From NCBI GenBank assembly GCA_035281765.1, contig DATEDH010000120.1, positions 1 to 44,132 on the forward strand: 44,132 nt of DNA, read 5' to 3'. The DNA comes from Gemmatimonadaceae bacterium (lineage in GTDB: Bacteria > Gemmatimonadota > Gemmatimonadetes > Gemmatimonadales > Gemmatimonadaceae). Positions within the stretch are counted from its first letter, which is position 1; each line of letters opens with the position of its first letter. The notes under the pieces were generated by a model. That model searched no databases. It saw only the letters and a program-made list of their open reading frames with translations, and was not told where the DNA came from. The position numbers were made by a program, and so were the translations under genes. Below, piece by piece: positions 28,338-36,696 of this stretch.

Positions 28338-29813
28338 TCAGCGGGGGCGCGCAGGCGCCTGCAGGGCTTCGGCCAGCGCCGGAAAGTGCGGAACGGGAGC
28401 GCTCAACGTTCGGCCACGCAGGTTTACACCCTTGAGGAAATCGACAATTGCCTCCTGAACCGGGGTGATAGGAAGTGCTTCGTGGGCTGCGTTTCCAATT
28501 TCGAGAGAGATTGAGTTCGTCAGTCGTAGTGCAACGTCGTTTGCGTTTTCTATTGGATTGGTGGCGTCGAGCGCGCCGGTTAGCAGGAGAGTTGGAATCG
28601 AGGTTCTCAATGGCTGCGCGAATTCCGTCGTCTTTCCGATGAAACCCACTGAAGCGCAGAAACGGCTTCGCAGGAATGCGTTATCGATCGGCTCTCCGAA
28701 CGGCGCGGTGGTGCTTTCGCTTTCGATCAGCGTCCATCGCGATTGTGGTCGATCAGCGGCGCAGTTCACTGCTCGCGCCATCAATGCCACCGGACTTGTC
28801 GTCAGTCCGTTCCAGCCTGCTTCAACAAAGCGCGTCAGCAGCCGGTCATCGCCTTGCGCCACCGACGTGATCAACGCTGGAAGTCTGAGGTCGTCGAGGT
28901 TCAGTGCGACGATGGCATCGAATCCTTCCTTGCCGATGGTGACCTGAGTCTCGCGCCCCGCGCGTTTATCCGTGATGCTGATTATGGCGGGGCTCGTCTT
29001 CAGTCTGGCACGCGCGTTTCGCGCTGACATCGCCAGATCGGTAGCCGGGCTCCACGCTGAGTCGGCTTTCAGCAATGTCGTAATGCGCGACAACTTTCGG
29101 GCGACCGGCGAGGGACGCTTCGCGACGAGCCCCGGACCATTCACACCCTGAAGCACCATGCGTCCAACGCTTGCTGGATGACGGTCGGCAATTGCCAGCG
29201 CCCATCTCGTGCCGTAGCTGAACGCGAGGATATCTATCTTGTCGAGCTTGAGTGCCTTGCGAAGTGCGTCGACGTCGTGGGCGCTCTCTACAGTATTGTA
29301 TGCAGTTGGCTCGATCTTCCTGCTCCTGTTCACCGCTGCGCAGATCGCCACCTGGTCGCGCAGGAACGCTACGAGACGCGCTGTACTTACGAATGCATCG
29401 GCGGGAAGCGACCCTTTCGCATTGCAATCGAGGTGCGGAGTGGAGAGTCCTATTCCGCGCTGGTCGACGATGATCACGTCGCCGAGCTCTCGCAGTTTCT
29501 GAAAGAGCGTGAAGTAGGGCGGGATGGGCGTCATGACGCTGCCCGGTATTCCCGGCCCTCCCATGAGGAAGACGATGGGTTTTCCGGGAGTCGCAGTCGT
29601 TGCAGGCAACCGGAGCGCTCCCACCTTGAGCTTGTTCAGCGGCCGCGCGTGCCGCTCCGGCACCGTAAGCTCGAGCACTTCGCCTCGAGTCTCCCTCCCA
29701 TCAAAGGATCGAATCGTTGTGTCGCGGCGGATGAGGCCCGGTGCCTGGGCGGTCGCTGCGTTGGGATCAGCGATGAGAGAAAAGAAAACCGCCAGGACGA
29801 AAATAAAGCGCAC
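28338..29813 (-). CDS. Secreted alpha/beta hydrolase (TAP-like peptidase family)
   Basis: Signal peptide plus GGPG, DQRGIG, FSYG nucleophile elbow, GALDATNP and AAH. Confidence 0.9.
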   Translation of the reverse strand: MRFIFVLAVFFSLIADPNAATAQAPGLIRRDTTIRSFDGRETRGEVLELTVPERHARPLNKLKVGALRLPATTATPGKPIVFLMGGPGIPGSVMTPIPPYFTLFQKLRELGDVIIVDQRGIGLSTPHLDCNAKGSLPADAFVSTARLVAFLRDQVAICAAVNRSRKIEPTAYNTVESAHDVDALRKALKLDKIDILAFSYGTRWALAIADRHPASVGRMVLQGVNGPGLVAKRPSPVARKLSRITTLLKADSAWSPATDLAMSARNARARLKTSPAIISITDKRAGRETQVTIGKEGFDAIVALNLDDLRLPALITSVAQGDDRLLTRFVEAGWNGLTTSPVALMARAVNCAADRPQSRWTLIESESTTAPFGEPIDNAFLRSRFCASVGFIGKTTEFAQPLRTSIPTLLLTGALDATNPIENANDVALRLTNSISLEIGNAAHEALPITPVQEAIVDFLKGVNLRGRTLSAPVPHFPALAEALQAPARPR

Positions 29814-29897
29814 GAATGGAGACTCCGAGATTTCCGGACTGGTTCAAATTAGGTCAGAACCGTGAAGCCCGCGTCGACCTTCCGATTGAAATGAAGT

Positions 29898-30452
29898 CTA
29901 GCGCCGAACGGTCTGCTTCAGGCGGGATGCAGCGAGCGTCGGAATTACAGAATTCCATCGCACTGCCTCGTCCGTAGATGCCCACCGCATCATGACAAGG
30001 CCTTGCTCGGGATCTGCAGGAATCTCCAGCATTGTGTCGCTGATGCCTCCTTCTTCGAGCCTGACGAGAAATACTGTGCGTGGCTCACGTACGAGGAGAA
30101 ACGCGCCGGACGGGGATGTGAATACTTCGACGACGCCTGGAAATCGCTGTTTGATGATCTCGAGAGGAACGGGCAGCGGGCCGGATGCTGTGAATTCCTG
30201 CGGGATGCCCGTTTTTGCGCAGCGCGACTCTGCTCCCGTCCACCAGTAGCCGTCATCGCGCGGAACAATCAGTCGCGAATTTCGCGCGGCAATCTGGAAG
30301 TCGCCGTCATCTGTCGACGTGATCCAGAGAGTCTCGCCGCATGCCATGCCGAGGAGCAGGCCGGCTTCAGACTGTGCGCGAGCCGCCGACGGCGAAATGA
30401 CTGATGCCAGCGCTGCGCAGGCGAAAAGGATACGACGAACGCCCATACTCAT
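29898..30452 (-). CDS. Secreted hypothetical protein
   Basis: Signal peptide ending ARA-Q and a beta-rich body. No family recognised. Confidence 0.65.
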   Translation of the reverse strand: MSMGVRRILFACAALASVISPSAARAQSEAGLLLGMACGETLWITSTDDGDFQIAARNSRLIVPRDDGYWWTGAESRCAKTGIPQEFTASGPLPVPLEIIKQRFPGVVEVFTSPSGAFLLVREPRTVFLVRLEEGGISDTMLEIPADPEQGLVMMRWASTDEAVRWNSVIPTLAASRLKQTVRR

Positions 30453-30495
30453 GGACGATCGAATTGGCTTTTCGCATCAACCTACGTCAAAAAAG

Positions 30496-32655
30496 TCACG
30501 ATTTGCTGTCGAACTTCTCCGCCAGCGCCTGCTTGAATCGCGGATTCTCACGAATGTTCGCCAGGTCCGAATCCGTCAGATACCATTCCTTGTGAAGGAA
30601 CCCAAGGTCGAGCGCCTTCTCGACGAAATCGATTGCCTCTTCCGGGCGCCCCGCCACTGAATGAAAGCATGCGAGGTTGTAGACCATCACCGGATGCTTT
30701 GGATCGAGAGCGTACGCGCGAGTAGCCCACTGCTGCGCCTTCTCCGACTCACCGATTCTTTCGAGATTGATTGCACCCAGATACAGGGCTCTCGAATCAC
30801 CCGGATTGATCGAAATTGCGCGCTCCGCAGCCTTTGCCATTCTCTCCGATGCTTCACGAGTCTTCGCCGTGTCGCCAAGCGACTGGTACGCCATTGCCAG
30901 ATATGAGAGCGTCTGATATTCGTCGGGTCTTATGCTGACCGCGCGCTCGTACATTGCAGCAGCTTCCTGAAGCTTGCCCTGTGATTGGAGTGCACGACCG
31001 TAGAAGTACGGCGCCTCGTAGTACGTTGGATCGAGTCGCATCGCCTCCTCGAATTCGCGGCCGCCTTCGTCGTGGCGTTTCTGATATGAGAGCGTTAGTC
31101 CGCGCGAAGCATGCGCCTCAGCTGAATTCGGATCGAGCTCCAGCGCTCGGCGACTCGATGCTTCTGCCTGCTGCACCGCTTCCTCGCCTGCGCCTTCATC
31201 CTGCGCGCGAAATACCGAGCAGTCGGCAAGTCCGGCATATGCCAGGGCGTAACCCGGATCCAGCGCGATCGCACGCCGATACATATCCTCGGCAGCATCG
31301 AGCGTCTCCGACCTGCGCTGGTGAAAGAGCTGACGACCGCGCAGATAGTACTCGTATGCGCGCACGTTCTGCGTAGGAATTTTCTTTATCGCCGCTTCTT
31401 CATGCGGCGTCAGGACGACCTTGAGTGCATTGACGATGTTCGTCGAGATCTCGTCCTGAATTTCGAAAACATCGGCCATCTCGCGATCGTATCGCTCAGA
31501 CCAGAGATAGTTGCGCGTCGATACATCGATGAGCTGGGCAGTGATGCGAAGGCGATTGCCGGCCTTGCGCACGCTTCCCTCGAGAACCGTTTTCACCCCA
31601 AGCTTTTTTCCAATCTCGCTTACGTCTTCGTTGCGCTGCTTGAATGCGAATGCAGACCCGCGGGAGATCACGTCGAGCGCCTGAATCTTCGTAAGCGCAT
31701 TAATGATCTCTTCAGCGATTCCATCGGCGAAGAACTCGTTTTCCTGATCGGCGCTCATGTTGGAGAACGGCAGAACTGCGATCGATTGTTTCTGGCTGTC
31801 CTCCGCGACGGCAGTATTCGAGGGAGCCGCATCAGCAAGTGCCTTTGCGAAATCACTCACCGTCGCAAATCGATCGACTGGATCGAGCGACATCGCTTTT
31901 GAAACGACTTTCGACGTGTCGATGCCTACCTCAGGAGCTTTCGACGAAAGTTCCGGCGCCTTGTCAGTGAAGCGCATCGCGATTACGCGCTGCGGCGTAT
32001 TTGCCATGAACGGTGCCGAGCCCGCGAGCATCTCATATAGAGTGCACGCAAGACTGTACTGGTCGCTGCGTCCGTCGAGACTGGATTCACCGCTGGCCTG
32101 CTCAGGACTCAGATAGGCAGGGGTGCCAAGTGCTACTCCGGTTTGCGTCAACGAGCTGCCACCGGCGGCGGTTATTGCCTTCGCGATTCCGAAATCGAGT
32201 ATCAGGGGCTCGCCTTCGACGAGCATGATGTTCTCAGGCTTGATGTCGCGATGCACGACGCCGCGCCGGTGCGCGAAATCGAGAGCTGCTGCAAGCCGCG
32301 ATATGATCTTCACTGCATCGTCAACCGAGAGCGCGCCCTCGCGATTCATTCGCTCGCGAAGTGTTTCGCCTTCGATGTGCGGCATAACGTAATACACGAC
32401 GCCGTTGTACTCGCCGGAGTCGTGGAGCGGTACGATGTTCGGGTGGCTCAGCCCGGCCGCAGTTGTGATTTCAGAGAGGAATCGCGCGGTGCCCATCGCC
32501 GCCGCGATTTCCGGATTCATCACCTTTACGGCGACTGAGCGATTGTGACGGAGGTCGCGTGCGCGGTAGACGGTCGCCATCCCGCCGCGTCCTATTTCGC
32601 CTTCTATGTGGTAGCTCGCGCCGAGGTTGGGGACAGCGCCATTGGATTCGGGCAT
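30496..32655 (-). CDS. Hanks-type Ser/Thr kinase with TolB-like and TPR domains
   Basis: IGRGGMATVY, VAVK, HRDIKPEN, DFG and SPE; then SIAVLPF...EGSVRKAGNRLRITAQL; then TPR repeats. Confidence 0.95.
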   Translation of the reverse strand: MPESNGAVPNLGASYHIEGEIGRGGMATVYRARDLRHNRSVAVKVMNPEIAAAMGTARFLSEITTAAGLSHPNIVPLHDSGEYNGVVYYVMPHIEGETLRERMNREGALSVDDAVKIISRLAAALDFAHRRGVVHRDIKPENIMLVEGEPLILDFGIAKAITAAGGSSLTQTGVALGTPAYLSPEQASGESSLDGRSDQYSLACTLYEMLAGSAPFMANTPQRVIAMRFTDKAPELSSKAPEVGIDTSKVVSKAMSLDPVDRFATVSDFAKALADAAPSNTAVAEDSQKQSIAVLPFSNMSADQENEFFADGIAEEIINALTKIQALDVISRGSAFAFKQRNEDVSEIGKKLGVKTVLEGSVRKAGNRLRITAQLIDVSTRNYLWSERYDREMADVFEIQDEISTNIVNALKVVLTPHEEAAIKKIPTQNVRAYEYYLRGRQLFHQRRSETLDAAEDMYRRAIALDPGYALAYAGLADCSVFRAQDEGAGEEAVQQAEASSRRALELDPNSAEAHASRGLTLSYQKRHDEGGREFEEAMRLDPTYYEAPYFYGRALQSQGKLQEAAAMYERAVSIRPDEYQTLSYLAMAYQSLGDTAKTREASERMAKAAERAISINPGDSRALYLGAINLERIGESEKAQQWATRAYALDPKHPVMVYNLACFHSVAGRPEEAIDFVEKALDLGFLHKEWYLTDSDLANIRENPRFKQALAEKFDSKS

Positions 32656-32751
32656 CGATTGGAATATGCGGGGTGGACGGCTGGATGGCGATTCTCGTTC
32701 ATATGGTCGCTCAATGTCGAACAGATGTCGGGTCTCATCCCGAGCGTTTCG

Positions 32752-34392
32752 TCATCCGCCAAGCAATTCACTTAGGCGAAACACACGCTTCTTTAGTCCC
32801 AGCTCCACAACGTGTTCGAGGATGTGAGCATTCCAAGTTGTAAGATACGGAAAGGTTGCGTAAACGCTGTTGTCCGTCTTTGATACAATCGAAAACTGTC
32901 CGCCCTCGCTCACCGTTCGAACGCCGGTCCATGGAACCTCGACGTCGGTCGGCTTACCAAATATTTTGCGTTTTTGCAGGACCACCGATGTGTCAGAGTA
33001 GAGCGTCTGCCCGATCATCTGCTGACGTCCACCGCCAAGAGACCTGAGGAGCTCCACCAAAAGGCGAATACAAACAGCAGGCCAGAATCGCTCGAGGAAC
33101 TCGGAATATATCTTCGAGCTGCCGGTTTCAATCACAGCACTGTAATGATCGTTACCGAACCCTATCGTGAAGTCGCTCCCCGTAGGTATCCCATTGAGCG
33201 AACGACTGATTCCACCCCAGCGAACCTTTGTAATCAGTCCGAGCGGATGAAAACGATCCTTCCATGTGATACCATCATCCGTCAGCCGAAGGGTGTGCCG
33301 CATGATTCCAATTCGAGCTTCGAACGGGGCGTCACTGCTGGGATCTTCTTTTTCCTCCACTTCTGAGGCTCGCTCAGCAGCAAGTCTTTCCAGAGCTGCG
33401 TGATCGTCCTCGAGCCGCTCTCTGACGTCCGGGACTTCGGCGAATACTTCACCAAGCATCGATGTCAGCCGCCGTGAAATATTCAGTAGCTTATGGTCGT
33501 TCCAAAGATCGATAGCGAGCGAACGCACTTTGAATGCGAGCTGCCTGCTTGGCTGGTGCGCGATGCCTCTGGCTTTCGCACTGAGTTGAATCGGCTGCGC
33601 TACAATGTCCCAGTTCTGTACGACACGCTCAAGCTCCACCACGGATGGAATGACGGCGGCTTCACCCCGCGGTGCAATTTCCCGGATAAGGTCGAGAAGC
33701 CTGTATACGTTCACTGCCTCTGAATCGAGGAACGCGCGCGCCTCCAGCTCATAATTGTCGACAAGCTCATCAATCAATTGCGGAGCATGGAAATCACCCC
33801 CGATCGTCGCGTCATCGACGAGCTCGGTAACAACCTCAACAATCTGTTTTGAGGGAAGTCTGTTGAGCGCAACTTTTGCCGCGTTTTGATAGTAACGTTT
33901 ATGTTCGGCGAGGACTGGGCTTACGATATCAACAGAAGCGATGAGTGGGAAACCGGAAATAGATCGGTCTTCGTTTATGTCTCTAAGGATCGCCATCTCA
34001 TCCAAACGATCAACTGTATCAGCAAGATCCTCGATCAATCGTGCCACCTCAGCCGAATGAGCCGACGGAGGGAGGCACTGGAGTGCGGTAGCCAGCAGAT
34101 TGGCCTTTGATAAATCCGGGATGTTGTTTTCGTCGGAAATTGAAAGTGGGGAGATCGCTGCGGCCTTTGATAATTGTTCTGCTCGTGCTGGCGACAGGCC
34201 AGGCAACCATCCCACTTCTGCCACTACTCTCGAACGCGGATTGGTGAGATCTGAACGTGCTTTCTGACACACCGACTCAGAAAGCTCCAAGGAACGAGCA
34301 TCAGCTAATTCGATGACGCGTCGACGATCGTCCCGCGAAGAAGCTCCAAGAAGAAAGAATGGATTTTGGTGGACACTTTGACTCTCGGTCAC
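32752..34392 (-). CDS. Protein with a degenerate J-like N-terminus, a helical middle and C-terminal PH-like beta domains
   Basis: NPFFLLGA...ARSDLTNPRSR echoes J-domain helices I and III/IV but has no HPD. C-terminal LRLTDDGITW and VEVPWTGVRTV. Domain calls are inference. Confidence 0.75.
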   Translation of the reverse strand: MTESQSVHQNPFFLLGASSRDDRRRVIELADARSLELSESVCQKARSDLTNPRSRVVAEVGWLPGLSPARAEQLSKAAAISPLSISDENNIPDLSKANLLATALQCLPPSAHSAEVARLIEDLADTVDRLDEMAILRDINEDRSISGFPLIASVDIVSPVLAEHKRYYQNAAKVALNRLPSKQIVEVVTELVDDATIGGDFHAPQLIDELVDNYELEARAFLDSEAVNVYRLLDLIREIAPRGEAAVIPSVVELERVVQNWDIVAQPIQLSAKARGIAHQPSRQLAFKVRSLAIDLWNDHKLLNISRRLTSMLGEVFAEVPDVRERLEDDHAALERLAAERASEVEEKEDPSSDAPFEARIGIMRHTLRLTDDGITWKDRFHPLGLITKVRWGGISRSLNGIPTGSDFTIGFGNDHYSAVIETGSSKIYSEFLERFWPAVCIRLLVELLRSLGGGRQQMIGQTLYSDTSVVLQKRKIFGKPTDVEVPWTGVRTVSEGGQFSIVSKTDNSVYATFPYLTTWNAHILEHVVELGLKKRVFRLSELLGG

Positions 34393-34432
34393 GGACGCAG
34401 AATCCTGATTAGCATTTTACGCGACAACGACG

Positions 34433-35281
34433 CTATCGGAAGCGTGAGGCTCCTTCGGCCTCCAGTTCCAAGCGTCTTCCGGCGATTTCCGCCTGGATGA
34501 TTCCAAGCGTGCCGTCCCGGTACTTGAAATCGGAACACCGATAATTCCAGTCATTGACTAGTAAATTGAATCTGTCCACTTGTGCATCTTCGGCTCCGTC
34601 TAGGATTTTTCGTGCTCCGTCAATTCGCGCAAGCTCGGCCAGACAATATCTGATCTGACTGCCTGATAGAATGTGGCCGCTTCCCCCCGGCGGCTTCGAT
34701 TCATAACTCTCTGCGGGTTCGTTCGCCGAGCTGGCGAGCAGGTCATCAATCGAGTAGGGCTTCGTTTCGCCCTCGTTCGCAACTTCGTCCGTCGACTCCG
34801 GGTTAACAGGCTCGGAGTTTCCGTTATCGACGGTTGAATTAACATCACTCTCAGTTGTTGCCACACCAGCATCAAGCGCCGCTTCCGCAGCCACTTTAGA
34901 CATTGGCACTCCAGTATCAACTGGAGCATCAACGTCATAGCTGTGCCGGGATGAGTTGGACGGAAGATTGGCAAGCACAATGACAATCGCTGCAACAACC
35001 CCCAAACCGACGAACTTCCCGCGACCAGACGCTGGCGGCCCGGGCTTCGAAGGAGCCGCTTGACCTGGAGCGTCCTTCGGACGTGCGGCGCTTCTTGCCG
35101 TCGGCTGGTCTCCCAACGCGCTTGATCGGGCACCCGTTATCGGCCTCGACGCAAGGTCCTTGGGCTGCGAGCTCGCACGCAAAGAATCTGCGTCAATCGA
35201 AGAAACCATCGACTCAAGCCCGCTAAATCCTCGCGGCCCCTGGGATTCTGAAGTGGTCCTCCTTTCCGGATTGTCCTTCAT
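34433..35281 (-). CDS. Single-pass membrane protein with a two-Cys helical C-domain
   Basis: ATGA overlap with the AAA stop. TM FVGLGVVAAIVIVLA, disordered flanks and QIRYCLAE...WNYRCSDF. Confidence 0.8.
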   Translation of the reverse strand: MKDNPERRTTSESQGPRGFSGLESMVSSIDADSLRASSQPKDLASRPITGARSSALGDQPTARSAARPKDAPGQAAPSKPGPPASGRGKFVGLGVVAAIVIVLANLPSNSSRHSYDVDAPVDTGVPMSKVAAEAALDAGVATTESDVNSTVDNGNSEPVNPESTDEVANEGETKPYSIDDLLASSANEPAESYESKPPGGSGHILSGSQIRYCLAELARIDGARKILDGAEDAQVDRFNLLVNDWNYRCSDFKYRDGTLGIIQAEIAGRRLELEAEGASRFR

Positions 35282-36693
35282 ACAAATCCTATCTTTCTCG
35301 GCGCGTACCCGTCAGGCGGTGGTGCTTTTGTCAGAGCCAGCAGAAGGCTTTCTTGATCGAGTCGATCTCTTCCGCTTCGAACCGCGGCTCTCGCTCCTTC
35401 ACGTATGACAAAAGACACGTCGGAAAGTGGCCGACGCCGAAGCCGTTCGGCGATCGCTCGCAGATCGAGATCAGAGTCGGTTGCAATAGAGTCGGTCAGG
35501 CTCTTAAGCAGTGAGTACACTTCTTCATAACTCGCATATCCTACTTCCTGGATATGATCGAACCGGCCGCGCCGAAGAATTGCGGGATCGATCATGTCAA
35601 CCCTATTCGTCATCGCAATGATCAGAACTCTGTTCTTAACAGCTTCAGGAATTCGTCTCAGAAACTCGCCAACTTCCTCGACACGGTGGTGACCACTGCC
35701 GTCCTCGCGATTAGATAGGAAGGCCTCCATCTCGTCGATGACAAGAACTGAGGGCGCATTCTCGATTGCCGTGTCAAACATTGCAGCGATCTTGCGACTC
35801 GTTTCGTGGATATATGGACTTGCGAGCGAAGCGGCATCCATCTGGTAGCTTGGCCACCCGAGAAACTCGACAAGTCTTTCAACCGCGAAAGTCTTGCCGG
35901 TTCCGGGCGGTCCATGTAGAACCACGGCGCCTGGAAAGCCAATTCCAAGCGCCTCGTAACGGGCGCTGTTCTCGACTATGTCGATGACATGCTCTCGAAA
36001 AAAAAGTTCGAGCTCAGTTCGCCCTGGCAGTGTGAACACACGCTCGACAGCATCCTCCGCAGATGAGCGGTCTAACCGAGTCGAACGGACTGCGGTTTGC
36101 ATCGGAGCCGCGGCAGTTGTTCCGGATTCCATCTGTGGAATCGCAATGCCGGCGGATTCCACAATCTCAAGCAGCTGCTCTTGTGAGAGCCAACTGAGCA
36201 TCTGCGAAAGACGCCGGAACGACTTTGCAGATGTTTGCGCGCCTCCCGAAAGCCAATATCCGAGCACCAGATCGTCGTCCGCTTTTGGCGTCAGACTATA
36301 TGTTGGAAGCAGTCGACTCAAGCGCTCAACATAGATCGCATCGTGAAGGGAGGCTTGGCGATCGATTGCACGGGTCTCTTTCATCGCGAGCGCGAAAGCA
36401 AGCGCTTCGACTTTGGATGTCGGCGAGCTGGATTCGGCGACAGGCTCCAGTCGGTTGCCAGTATTTGTCGACAAGTACCCAAACGTGCTGTCAGCAAAAG
36501 TCCCCTGCAAAACATTACCGCTATCGATCAGTCCGGTCTTCACCCATCGTTCGTGCAAACCGCGAGTCAAAAGTGCTTGACCCCCGGGACGAACCGTGAT
36601 GATCTGCCAGTCTAGACCCTCGTGAAGAACGGCACCTGCAGCACAGTTATCGGGCAGCGTATACCCGATCGGCAACCACGAGTCGATCGGCAT
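35278..36693 (-). CDS. Classical-clade AAA+ ATPase with an unknown N-domain
   Basis: Walker A GPPGTGKT, Walker B LVIDE, SRH TNRVDMIDPAILRRGRFD, and C-terminal RKIGFV. Confidence 0.92.
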   Translation of the reverse strand: MPIDSWLPIGYTLPDNCAAGAVLHEGLDWQIITVRPGGQALLTRGLHERWVKTGLIDSGNVLQGTFADSTFGYLSTNTGNRLEPVAESSSPTSKVEALAFALAMKETRAIDRQASLHDAIYVERLSRLLPTYSLTPKADDDLVLGYWLSGGAQTSAKSFRRLSQMLSWLSQEQLLEIVESAGIAIPQMESGTTAAAPMQTAVRSTRLDRSSAEDAVERVFTLPGRTELELFFREHVIDIVENSARYEALGIGFPGAVVLHGPPGTGKTFAVERLVEFLGWPSYQMDAASLASPYIHETSRKIAAMFDTAIENAPSVLVIDEMEAFLSNREDGSGHHRVEEVGEFLRRIPEAVKNRVLIIAMTNRVDMIDPAILRRGRFDHIQEVGYASYEEVYSLLKSLTDSIATDSDLDLRAIAERLRRRPLSDVSFVIREGARAAVRSGRDRLDQESLLLALTKAPPPDGYAPRKIGFV

Positions 36694-36696
36694 CTG

